Shown here in pieces: positions 11,616 to 22,800 of a DNA stretch of 32,462 nucleotides. The stretch comes from Tubiluchus corallicola (Eukaryota > Animalia > Priapulida). The notes under the pieces are model-generated. The model did not search any database and was not told where the DNA came from. It saw nothing but the letters and a program-made list of their open reading frames with translations. The position numbers and the translations under genes are program-made. The stretch is from positions 1 to 32,462 of the forward strand of contig JAQGDQ010001616.1 of the NCBI GenBank assembly GCA_030141605.1. Reading direction: 5' to 3'. Position 1 is the stretch's first letter. Each line of letters opens with the position of its first letter.

Positions 11616-13566
11616 CTGAAAATTCGTAAATTTCTAAGTAGTAATGGTTGTAGCAAGACTGGAACTTAGTTCATTGTCATTGTAATCCTCTGAGATGAGA
11701 CACTGAACCAGTAGAATTGTCTTAGCTAAATGCAGATATGAATACATCTTCCTTCAACGAGGTAAACAGTCAGAATCAGCACAGCGAATGAAACTGGTGG
11801 GAGTGAGTATCAACAGTCACCTATCCATTCACTGGTCAGCCTTTGCGTTTCTTAAATTTGGTCGAAAAACACACACACCGTGACAACTCAGCTATTTTAC
11901 ACGATATTAATAAGATTATTAGTAAAGAGCATGTTAAGTAACTGATTATTTACTGAACAGTTAATTGGGTGATTAAGTCAAATTTCGTTATAACACCCCC
12001 CCCTTTGATGAAGCCAACATCGCTTAATATATTTTAACTCTCAAATGTTTGCAAAACAAAATGTCTATATTTGCACAGACATGTATGCATAAATGCACCT
12101 CGTTGTAATGCCAAACTTGCTATAATGCCAACTTTCCTGCAGTTTCAGAGTAAAAAGCTTGATTGTGAACTATGTAGAATAGATATTTGTTGATGATGGT
12201 GTTCTGACTGATGCTACAACGTATTACATCATAAGATACACACTTGTTACATGTTAAACCTCACCAGTGGATGTGGCAAATGTCACGGATTCCCGTGATT
12301 GAGTTCTACTCTGCTGTTAGACTTTTCATTTACAGTATTGCAAACTAGTTTATTCCGGTTCCTACAACCTTTGCAAATTTACCTAGAGTCATTCAATTAG
12401 GTTAACCTTGAATTATTTATACGGGCTTCATTCTAAAAGTTATAAATTCCTTCGTCAACCTTGTACAGGTGACCATTTGACGCTTGCTATTCCTATAAGC
12501 AAACGTCATATGATCTGCCTCATTTGTTAATTTATTTTCTTTCTTTTAACAGTTTTTTTATAGTTATGTGCTGATTTGCGCGTTAAATATCTAGCATTAG
12601 TAGTCTGTGCTTATTGCATTAACTATATGATAGAGTGAATAATTACATATGATTGGTTGTCCTGAGTTCTATTTAATGTTATAGCTGTGATAAAAAGTAA
12701 TAATGTAAATGCACCAATCATGTAAGTTGCAATAAATTATATTTTGGATGACCACTCTTCTAATCAAATAGTTGTGCGGTTTTTCTTACAAAGTCATGAA
12801 TTAATCTAAATTACATGTTTCAATAACAGCAAAACATTTTAATTGACTACTCGTAGACGTAAGCGTTATGCACCTTTTTATAAAAACAAATTAGACTATA
12901 TATATTCCCACGAATTTGTTTGAATTCTAATCTAATTAAAAACCAGGCCGATGTCTCTCCCACAAACTTCTGAAAAAAGAGCATTTTTCACAAAGAGAAA
13001 ATGTTAGAATAATGAGATTAATAATCAACATGTTAAAAGGAAGACGGGATGATTATTTATATACTAACCCATTTTTTTCTAGCATGGTAGAAAGTATACA
13101 TTTTAACACAACCGATACTGGAAAAGCGTTTGAGATAGTTAAATAACAGATTAAAATATTTTTTAATTAACGGCAGACGAGCTCAACAATTGATGACATC
13201 ACAAACTAACATGATTTTCAACAGCAAAAATATTCTACGAGCGTGTTGCACGTGTTTGTGAAAGAGAAAATTGAAGTACAGTGCTACTGTAAGATATTCA
13301 GTGTGTTGTACTAGAACTAGGCAAGTTTTAAGATAAAAATTCAAATTTCAAATTTACCGGTGTGCTCACATATGAGCTGTCGAACGTGTCAGGAATGGAA
13401 GTGGTGCTGACAAACCACTGGCGTAGCAGTGTCTAGTTTTTTTTTTGCTGGATTACTGCTGCGTTTACCTGTCTGAAGGCAGATTTCTTTTAATTTAGAA
13501 TTAACGTACAACCACATTTCAAAAAGAAGAAGTTGAATTAATTTTTAAATGAAAAAGACAATTTAC

Positions 13567-13655
13567 CTTGTTCCTGTAGCATTTCTTTAACCAAACTGGG
13601 ATCTTTATAATATTGACTGTTAATCACAATACAATGAACTCCGCCGACCCAGAAA
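13567..13655 (-). CDS. CPPED1: CPPED1 exon 4 (FWVGGVHCIVINSQYYKDPSLVKEMLQEQ)
   Basis: ttctttcag| and |gtaaat boundaries, 89 nt, FWVGGV..NSQ motif, phases compatible with neighbouring exons. Confidence 0.92.
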
Positions 13656-13683
13656 CTGAAAGAATTGATGAAAATGCATTGTA

Positions 13684-14612
13684 CAGTCAACCTCGGATAT
13701 AAGGAAAACTTTCACTATGTTTAGCTATGCATATCTGATAACCATGATTTAAGTTAAATTTTACCTTGCAAATGTTATTTTTCTGAACATTAAAATATTC
13801 TCTTTTGTGTTTTGGACCATATATAATTATGTCTAATGTTTGACTATATTTAGGAACGACTGGTTTTTGGTTTTTGTTTTTTTGCTGTTGTTGTATTTTT
13901 ATTTTTTGTATTTATGGACGTTTATGTATTTCTTAATAGTTGTGTTGTGCTGTCATTAGCGTCTTTTTGTTTACTTGCCTTTCTGAGAAGGGTGGTTGAC
14001 TCGCTAACCTTTGGTTTTTCGCCACCCTTTCTCCCATGTTCATTTGTATTTTTGTATATTTTACTGTTAAATTAATGTAAATTTATGGAGAAAAATAAAA
14101 AAATTACTACTATTTACTGTTACTAGGGACCGGAAAAATCGACCCTTATAGCCGAAGTTGAAAAGGACCGAGGCCGTATCTCGACCTGTACTTTTGTGTA
14201 CTTTTGCCCATATTTTTATAGATTATTGCTACACATTCAGTGCAAACGGTATGTAGGAAGCTCCTTCAGTGATGCCAGATGTATGTGACCGTGGAAACCG
14301 AGCTGTTCGAAGACCGAGTTTGCGAAAAATTGAGGTTAAAAATCGATCAAGTTCACTTCGATCATAGGGTCCTTATATGCGAGGTAATTTACCTGGGTTT
14401 CTATTACACGGGACCTGAAGATATCGTCCCTTATAACCGAAAGTCCCTTATATCAGAGTACCTTATATACGAAGATTGTTACACAAGAAAAACTTTACGA
14501 AAAATCAGGACCAGTGTTAGTGGTCCCTCATAAGCGAATATCCCTTATAAGCAAATGTCCCTTATAAGCAAATGTCCCTTATAAGCGAGTACCTTATACC
14601 CGAGGTTGACTG
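13684..14612. mobile_element. Tc1/mariner-superfamily (pogo/Tigger-like) non-autonomous element with nested insertion
   Basis: TA|CAGTCAACCTCGGATATAAGG ... CCTTATACCCGAGGTTGACTG|TA, with many subterminal cccttata motifs. A related end fragment lies at about 8113-8151. Confidence 0.85.
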
Positions 14613-15773
14613 TAGTTTTAAAGACAAATATTAGCGAAAATTTTGATTCTGTTCAGTTATTGAGAACTCACTGATCCTGTTCAAGCAACACCCACCTTGA
14701 TCCTTGAAACCAAAATATAAAGCCAGAAAGGTGATGTAGTAATTACTACTGCTACAGGTAAGAAACAGATAGATAACCACAGATTACTGCAATTTTCGTT
14801 TTATCACCATCAATGTATGTATTATGGTCACCACCATAGCTGTTGTCACCTGCAACCCTCGTCATAATTCCACTGCTGTCTAGAACCTTTGATAAACAAT
14901 GGCTTCATCATGTCGCTTCAAAAGTAGTTTTGTTTTGTATGCTATAATTCAAAGCATCTTGCAAAACATAGGGTAGACAACAAAACGCACACATTCAGCA
15001 ATAGCAGCAATCTTTTTTGTAAGTTTGTCCACGTTTTTGGCAATAGACATTTTGTGTGATCTCAAAAATGCATTGTCTTAAGCTGCAAGTAGTCAATTAA
15101 AGTTGTAAACACGACTACTTTGGTCAGTTTTGGCAAAAATCTGAATTACAGTTGGTGGACATCAGACCAACTCTGGGTCCAACTTCATCCAAAAAAACTC
15201 CCTGACTCTGAGTCTCCGACTTTGACTCAATAATACTGACCAGATCCAATGCAGTTATAAAACCAATAGGGTCTTAAAAAGTCAATTCAAAAACTTACAA
15301 CCAGTTTATACAGGCAGAGCCTACAGTATAGAACATTATGCACTAATTATGTACTTAACCATATAGAAGCCAAATGGGTAGTGAATAAAGAGACCTGTAG
15401 AAAGAAATTGATACAGCAAATTATGCACTAATTATTTATTTACAAAAATCAAATAGGTAACAATTAAAAAAACCTGTAGAAAAGAAATTGACACAGTAAC
15501 AAAGAGCCAAGTGTTCGAAAATAAAGTTAATGGAATTGAACTACTTTTTCTATAAAAAGAATACTTATAAGGGCACATAGATACAACTTTCTTTTAATAA
15601 TAAGTCCCAGTTATTTGTATTTCTCGCCACAATGCTGAAATTATTAAAATCAGCTTTGTGGCCAGAGGCACAAATATAGTGATTAATGGTGGATTAAAGA
15701 GAATTTTTAAGTGCCTGTAATAAAAACTCTGTAATTACCTCCATGTTTGTGTAATTAATACTAATCAATTTAC

Positions 15774-15939
15774 CTAAAATAGTCAGCACCAAACACATTC
15801 CTGTAGACATCAATAGAAGCAGGTGTCGGAGTGTTCCCGATATCGTGATTGCCGCAAACGCAGACTAGAGGAATGTCCGGATCCAACTCTGAAAATACCT
15901 TTTGAAAGTCCGATTCTTGTGCGCGGCGATCTTTGGTAC
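15774..15939 (-). CDS. CPPED1: CPPED1 exon 3 (TKDRRAQESDFQKVFSELDPDIPLVCVCGNHDIGNTPTPASIDVYRNVFGADYFS)
   Basis: ttcttgcag| and |gtaaat boundaries, 166 nt, GNHD catalytic motif. Confidence 0.95.
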
Positions 15940-15959
15940 CTGCAAGAAACTATTGAATT

Positions 15960-16271
15960 TGTTGTGTTTCTTTAGTAGAGAAAACAAGAAAACACATTGT
16001 CAAATTGAACAAGTTTATAGTGTGAGAATTCCACAACACAAAGTATGAAGGAACACAAAATATGTAGAATCAATGTGATAATCTGGAAACATGAAAGCTA
16101 GAATCTGAGAATACGAGGATACAAGAGAATAAACTCGAGCAGTCAGCTAGAAAGTACTACGCGCATTGCGTATAGAAAGTTCTCGAATCTTCTACAAGGT
16201 AAGAAGGTTGTTCTACTATACTATAGAACATTCTACAATATTCTATTTAATTCTAGTGGATCTCCACAACA
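15960..16271. mobile_element. Solo LTR (312 bp)
   Basis: TGTTGTG...CACAACA inverted termini and exact 5-bp TSD gaatt (15955-15959 and 16272-16276). Confidence 0.8.
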
Positions 16272-16419
16272 GAATTATTTACGCATTTATTATAATTTAG
16301 GTCAAACAAGTCTATGAGGAAGTCTAAACATCATGTTTTTATTTTAAAGATCGTATTGTTAAAGGACAAAAAACACTTTCTACAAATAAAACGTCTTATT
16401 GCATACAGGCTTGCGTTAA

Positions 16420-16721
16420 CAGTAACGCTCTCTAAAACTTGTAAATGTAAACTGTTACGATCACAGTTAGGCGCTGCCATTTTGATGGTAAGTCGTTTTA
16501 GATAACATTGCATAAAGTTTGGAAAAATAATCAGAGAATTTGTCTAGCAAAATTTTCACTAACTAAGCAAAAAAATTAATTACTTTTTATTGTCAATAAA
16601 GATCAGTAAAGTGTTTTTTGGTGAATCAGTGATGCACAGTGGGATGGTGAGTTACATTTTACCAGGTGGTGCAAATATGTATATTAATAAGAACTTTCTT
16701 CTCTAATTACACACGTCTTTC
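16420..16721. repeat. Third copy of the ~310-bp dispersed repeat
   Basis: Collinear similarity to 9420-9735 and 9755-9990. Confidence 0.75.
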
Positions 16722-16895
16722 TAGCAGGTAAGCGTAATGCTAAGTAATACAGTTGCACCGCTTAACAGACTCACTTTGAGATGGATGCATTTTGATCCAA
16801 TTAATTGACTGAACCTGTTAACTGACAGAAATAGTATTACTAGTATAGAAGTATGACTCATCAGCTTAGTATGCACTGCAAAGGCAGTACCTGTA

Positions 16896-16976
16896 TCTGT
16901 ACCATTATGTACCATGCTTATCTGTACCATTATGTACCATACTTATTTGTACCATTATGTACCATACTTATCTGTA
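16896..16976. repeat. 25-bp tandem repeat, about 3 copies
   Basis: tctgtaccattatgtaccat(g/a)ctta repeated. Confidence 0.85.
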
Positions 16977-17045
16977 AAATTACTGTATCCTTCACCGTTA
17001 ATTGATTAAGCATAAAAGTGTGATTTTCAAGCACAGCTTCAAACT

Positions 17046-17835
17046 TTGGGTTACCATACGTCCATGTTTCCCCGGACACGTCCTCTTTTTGGGCCTCTGT
17101 CCGGGCGGGTTTTCAAAAAATCGGCAATCTGTCCGGGTTTTGCCTCAATCCGCAAGTATGTACGGACGTTGCCAACTGCAGAGGCATACGACAGTACGAG
17201 ACAAAGAAAAGCTCGTTAATTTTCAATACAAGATGTTGCTAACATCTCAAAATGCAACCCTTGTAAAAGCTTTGTGTACATATTTACTGAACAAAAGTAA
17301 GCGATGCGCACATCACTATGGGTCACACGACTCACACCGCTGTCGATACTCGGTGTATTCGACAGGAATTCTCTTTGTTCAGCATAATTTCAAACATCTG
17401 TCATGCAAAGACTTTTATGCATATCTGTGCAGTCGTCCGAAATTGCTGAAAGCAATTCCGTCTTCGGAAAAGTATTCTTGGTCTCAGCCTCGGGCTCAGT
17501 CAAGTCCAAGCGTAACTGTTTCTGAGAGCCAAGAAGACGCAGGTGACTGACAGTTGCAGGAAAAGTATTCTTGGTCTCAGCCTCGGGCTCAGTCAAGTTC
17601 AAGCGTAACTGTTTCTGAGAGCCAAGAAGAAGCAGGCGACTGACAGTTGCAGTGTGTTAATGTTTTTTTGCAGTATAGCCATTTGGTATTGCCATTAGAA
17701 TACATGTAGGCCTATTTGTATAATTTGCATTTTATTTTGCATTGTTTTAATATACCCTAGATTGGTCATTTTTGCCTACTTACAAGTGTGCGAAAATGTG
17801 TCCTCTTTTTCAACTCAGACAATATGGTAAGCCTA
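17046..17835. mobile_element. Non-autonomous hAT (Blackjack-like) element in CPPED1 intron 2
   Basis: TTGGGTTACCATA ... TATGGTAAGCCTA TIRs, exact 8-bp TSD ttcaaact, internal ~92-bp tandem duplication at about 17467-17652. Confidence 0.88.
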
Positions 17836-17876
17836 TTCAAACTCTTTTTAGTTTTGTTAATTCAGTCCAAACTCAC

Positions 17877-18086
17877 CAGGAAAAGCATTTACCAGGTCAC
17901 CGCAGACGATAAAAAATAGAGGTTTTGGGTTCATGCGATTCACATTTTGAACAGCAAGTTTAGTCAACGCTATTTCTTTATCCCATTTAGGTTCTGGCTT
18001 CTTCTCCAAGAAATCTTCGATTGCGCCAAACTGAGTGTCGGCTCCTTGGATGAAACAAAACGATCCTTTCCAGTCCTTCCCGGCTA
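17877..18086 (-). CDS. CPPED1: CPPED1 exon 2 (AGKDWKGSFCFIQGADTQFG...PKPLFFIVCGDLVNAFP)
   Basis: tttctacag| and |gtgagt boundaries, 210 nt, ADxQFG and CGDL metal-binding motifs. Confidence 0.95.
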
Positions 18087-18737
18087 CTGTAGAAAAATAA
18101 AAATGGCAGCAAACTAATTTTCAAAAAGGAATTTGCCAGCATATTAGAACTACAAAAGATTTTACAAGGCACAGGCACCTTGTTATTAAATTACGGAATT
18201 CATGGCTAGTAGTAGTAATTCTGCTTTCAAATGCACAAAATGGTGTATGAGGTAGTAAATATTTCAGTTCTCTGGGCACTTTTATAAGAAGTTTCTGGTT
18301 CTTCTAGTTGGTTGTGGTGTCAGTGTATAATTCCCGTTGTTATTGGGTACTTTTCTGCTACCTTTTATCCCACTAGTAACATTTCTGTTTGGAAGACCTA
18401 AACTTACACGTAATCAAGCGTGAAAAGGCTTAAGTTTCTGTCCTTTTTGCAAAAGTATCTTGCAATGTATTGCAACATTGTGTTACGTATTCGTAATCAT
18501 TTATTGGTAATTCTGGGATTAATAAAATATGTTTATGCAAAAAAAGTTCCGGATTACTCGAAAATGTACAAACAACCACTGTCTTCACCATAATGCCCAT
18601 TCGTCTACTGTAATATGTCCGTAGACAGAATTTTAAAATAAATCTGCCATCGAGACAGGTAAACACAGCAGATCTTCAGGAAAAAAACTAGACATTACTA
18701 CGCCAGTGGCTTGTCAACACCTCTTACAGCAGTTTAC

Positions 18738-18771
18738 CTTCTGTAAAACGAGCACCGCTGGAAGCTGCCAT
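18738..18771 (-). CDS. CPPED1: CPPED1 probable exon 1 (MAASSGARFTE)
   Basis: gtcATGG Kozak-like context and a phase-1 donor AG|gtaaac. Joined CDS 34+210+166+89+159+200 = 858 nt (285 aa). Confidence 0.7.
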
Positions 18772-19064
18772 GACACTTTCATTTCCAAGTTTCCGGGAGT
18801 ATCAAATCGAAAACGTCATGAATTAGTCAATTTTATTCAATTTTTTCATTTGTACTCAAGAATGAAATGAATTATTGCACAAAGAAGAAATACTTTAAGG
18901 TTGATTCTGTCCTGCATTTGTAAAGTGCAACATCCAGTCTTTATTATCCTCTTATTAACATTATATGATTATAACTATCTAACAACATCCAGACTGTATT
19001 CCAATTTTTCACATTTGTGGCCTTTCAAGTTTAGCATCAAAATTTAATTAATTGGCGGTTGCTA

Positions 19065-19456
19065 CAAGGCCATAGTCGGCGGTCCGGCCATGGCCGGACC
19101 ACTTTTTCTGCCATACGTGCCTAGACATTCTCAGCCATGCGTAGAGTAAAAACTTATTTGCGGAGTACGATGACTCAAACTAGACTGAACAATCTCATGA
19201 CTTTGCATGTACATATGGATAGAACAGACGCTCTCGACCTGAAGGAAATTGCGAACGAGTTTACTGCTAGAAATGAGCGGCGCGGATGTGTGTTTGGGAA
19301 TCAATCAATTTTTAATCAATCATGTCATCATTGAGTATGTGTAGTGCTCTATTATATTATAACTCTTTATTATAAATATATGTTGCTGCTGTATTCTTTT
19401 TCTACCTGTTCCGTATCTGTGGCCGGACCACTTTTCAAAAGCCGACTACGGCCCTG
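19065..19456 (+). mobile_element. Internally deleted hAT element retaining the transposase C-terminal dimerisation fragment
   Basis: TIR CAAGGCCATAGTCGGC / GCCGACTACGGCCCTG (14/16). Peptide FSAMRRVKTYLRSTMTQTRLNNLMTLHVH is typical of the hAT dimerisation region. Subterminal ggccggaccactttt at both ends. Confidence 0.85.
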
Positions 19457-20194
19457 TGCTACAGTTATTAACAACACTCTTGATATTAAGATTGGGCAAA
19501 AGGCCTCGTGCAGTTCATCTATGATAAGATAAGAATAATTAAATTTCAACGGAAAATTATATGGTAAAAAAATCAATCAATATAAAAATGAATCTACCTG
19601 ACATTGCAAGCACTAGAATACGAATGGGCAGCTATAGGGATGAGCTTTGGACTGCCTTGATCACTGAGGAATATGGTGGCCCAATAGTCTAAGGCATCTA
19701 CCTTGCCATCAAAATGTTCCTGTCTCAAAAGATAGGCTGTATTCCAATATTCATTTAGCACATGCATTAATTTTAGTTTTGCATTTCTGGTCTTTAAAAT
19801 TTGCTAATAAATTTAATTAGTAATTAGTGATTATATGCCACGATAAATTTATGCTTTTAAATCTCCAGATTTTTGGCTCCCTCACTATGTAGCTACAGTC
19901 CCAACAAAGTATTTTTGTTGCAGTATACAAACAAAAAAAGTTCATCTTTCTTTCAAACAACCAAATCCAGTTTTTATTACCAATGCAAATTAATAAACAT
20001 TATTGCATTAATTATTCAACAAATGAATATTTATCAGGAGCACCCAAATGTGAGGTCATAACACAGCACAAGGTGTGCTGTCAGAGGACGAGAGACTAGT
20101 ATGTTGCAATAACAGACTTTAATATCACTTGGTCCTAAAACACCGTATTCCATGTTAAGACAAATGAACATTCAGCAAACAAACCAGCAGCATT

Positions 20195-21295
20195 TCACCA
20201 CTGATTGTCAAGGTTTTGCTGAAATTTGATGAACAACCTGGACAGTATGTCTTTGTGCAAATTTCTCCCTATTATCACAAATCTGTTTAAATGAATTTCA
20301 TTCTCCTGCCATTCGGTTGTAACTTGTTTGTCTAGTAGTTCGCGAACTGCTTGAACAATCACACGTTTGGAGTAACCTGCTAGTGAAGCTATTCCTTTTA
20401 ATCTTAGAATGTCCATTGGCGCACCAGAAGCATCGTAAACGCTTTTCTCCCATAGAAGTTCTTGTAGAAAACAATCTAAACACGATTCTTGGATGTCTCC
20501 TTCCACTTCAAATGTAACAGATGTTACATCTTTGGCTATATGTGAATCGTCTATGCGATCAGTTTTCGTGATGCCCCTTCTTTCGAAGAGATCATTAATC
20601 TTTTCGACGCTATCTGCATCGAATGCTTTGAGGTCTAGTATTTTTTCGAGATGAATAGCAGACTTTTCTGTTGGAACAATTTCGGCAACATGGTTAATGC
20701 TCTGCAATTCAGAGTCTATCTTTTCCAACTGATTTGTAGTGACTAAATCTTTCTTATTTAGCAAAATGATGTCCGCTAAAGCAACCTGACGAACCGCTTC
20801 GTTAACTGTTCCATCCGGTCTCGGCTCTGAAATCTGTTCCAGACCGTACTTGGCATCGACTATGCAAACTATTCCATCTAGGAAAATATCGCAGCCCAGT
20901 TCCTCGTCCAACCAAAATATGGACGCAATTGGACCGGGGTCAGCTAAACCCGTGGTTTCTAGTAAAATGTAATCAAACTTTCCACGCTTCAACATGAGAT
21001 TCTCAATAGCCTTAATTCCATTATCCTTTACCGAACAACACAAACATCCATTGCGCAATTCCAGCCATTCCTCGTACAGCTCGCCTTTATCGCCGATTGC
21101 CATTGATTTCTCCACCGCGCTCCCCTCACCGAATTCGTTCAGTATCACTGCTATGCGTTTGTTGTGCTGTTCAGTTAAAATGTAATTTAGCAGGGTAGTT
21201 TTTCCAGCACCTAGATGACCGGTTATTATGGTGACAGGTATCCGTTTCAAATCAGCGGGAACCAACTCGGGCGCTTCATCATCGGAGTCATCCAT
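20195..21295 (-). CDS. ZNG1: Zn-regulated GTPase metalloprotein activator (COG0523/CobW family, CBWD), intronless CDS, 366 aa
   Basis: [10 protein letters not shown]-loop, NEFG, NGCLCC Zn motif, [13 protein letters not shown] and CobW C-terminal domain. First ATG at 21295 ([13 protein letters not shown]), preceded by the acceptor ttttttgcag|A. Confidence 0.96.
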   Translation of the reverse strand: MDDSDDEAPELVPADLKRIPVTIITGHLGAGKTTLLNYILTEQHNKRIAVILNEFGEGSAVEKSMAIGDKGELYEEWLELRNGCLCCSVKDNGIKAIENLMLKRGKFDYILLETTGLADPGPIASIFWLDEELGCDIFLDGIVCIVDAKYGLEQISEPRPDGTVNEAVRQVALADIILLNKKDLVTTNQLEKIDSELQSINHVAEIVPTEKSAIHLEKILDLKAFDADSVEKINDLFERRGITKTDRIDDSHIAKDVTSVTFEVEGDIQESCLDCFLQELLWEKSVYDASGAPMDILRLKGIASLAGYSKRVIVQAVRELLDKQVTTEWQENEIHLNRFVIIGRNLHKDILSRLFIKFQQNLDNQW

Positions 21296-22349
21296 TCTGC
21301 AAAAATAATTTACAGCATAATTTACTTTAGTACTAACGTTAGTTGACAACTAGTGCGACTCTCACTTCTTATTAGAGGGGGGCATCGAACGTTCAAATTC
21401 TATTCGAATGAGTTTTTTGATTTAAATTTGATTAAAATTACAGATTCGAATAATTCACCACTTCAACTACATGTATCATCAGAGCGTTTGAAAAATTATG
21501 CCGTCAGCACAATTTAGGTGTGATTTCTTTGCACAATTTTTAAACAAATTAATTACTAGAACAAAATCAAGCATATGCCTAATCTTTGTGTGACTGTTTA
21601 TTATTACTGATTCAAAAACCTATTTGAAAATCTTTAAAACTGAATTCAGACTCGAAAAAGTCGAAAATCGGTTTATTTTAAGTTAAAAAGTCGCTTTTAG
21701 GTAGAGAATGCTCGGCTGCCCCTGCTTATTGAGAAAAAAAGGACAAATTATTGACTTCAGAAATTGAATTGAATTTTTTATCTGTTTCATACTAAAACGT
21801 TATACAGCAAAGTGTCAGTATTATTAAAGAACCCCAATAAGCTTTTCTGATCAAAAACGCTAAAGTTGAAGTTGTCGGCGTACATAAGAATGTTGGCGTT
21901 GTTAGAGACAACAAACTTAATAGACATGTTCTTGACTAACTTGCAAACAGCAATAATTTTTCTAATGTTGATTTTAAAGCTTGTTAGTGGAGAAATCTTC
22001 AGATTGTCATTTAGAACTGAATTATCTGGTAAATTTTAATTGGCTAGAGCTAAAAAAGAGAGGTATAGCTGCTCTTTTATGCTTTTAGCTAAGAAATTGT
22101 TATAGAGTTTAATGTTTTTTCAAACAATGAAATTATGGTGCTGGTTAATTGACTATAGTATTGAACATAGATGTGTGTGTTAACCTTATTTATGTGCCAT
22201 AAGTACAATTTTTGTCTGTACCGCGTCATTGTAAGTTGACAGTCTGGAATTGCAATTTTTGCATAGATAAGCCAAAACAAGTTTCCTATCCTTCTGACAG
22301 ACAGACTTAGTGAAAGATTTGTACTATATCAGGTATATAGAACATTAAC

Positions 22350-22800
22350 TTGATGGATCTACTTAGTTATGAAGGTGTGTTTTGTTTAAGTGACATCACT
22401 TGTGATACTGATAATCTCACAAATCTTTATATAAATGACAATTTATCAGTGAACAATTTTATAAAAATTCTAGAAAATGGGTATGAAAAGCAATTTTACA
22501 CAGAAATATACAATGATGACAGGACAGGGGGTGGGAAGAATAAGTCAAGGTTTTACAGAAACTTTAAAAGCAGCTATAGTTTAGAGACATACTTAGAAAT
22601 AGTAAGGAACAAACAACACAGACAAAGCGTAGCGAAATTCAGGGTGACTGATCATGAACTACAAATTGAAAAAGCCAGATACACAAACCAATAAGAAAAT
22701 GAAAGATTATGCAAGAACAATGGAAGCAGCAAGCAAAACACAATTGAAGATGAATTACATTTCATATTTGCTTGTCCAGATACGTATGATAGCAATGTGT
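22350..22800 (+). mobile_element. Degenerate non-LTR retrotransposon ORF2 C-terminal fragment
   Basis: FRVTDHELQIEKARY*ENERLC...TIEDELHFIFACP resembles the LxIExGRY...EDExHF..C C-terminal zinc-knuckle region of LINE ORF2. Contains an in-frame stop. Confidence 0.75.

Noticed and set aside
13358-13473. Candidate extra CPPED1 exon with AG/GT boundaries
   Set aside because: It has an in-frame stop and belongs to the inverted repeat shared with 18632-18720. The true next exon is 11457-11615.
21296-21349. 18-aa N-terminal extension of ZNG1 in the ORF track
   Set aside because: It starts at a non-ATG codon and runs through a polypyrimidine/AG acceptor, so it is probably intronic.
21376-21724. Possible degenerate MITE (gggggcatcga...tcggctgcccctg, flanks cttattag/cttattga)
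   Set aside because: The TIR and TSD matches are too imperfect to call without other copies.
21860-21910. - strand NANILMYADN resembling an RT YADD motif
   Set aside because: Too short, with no supporting RT motifs recognised nearby.
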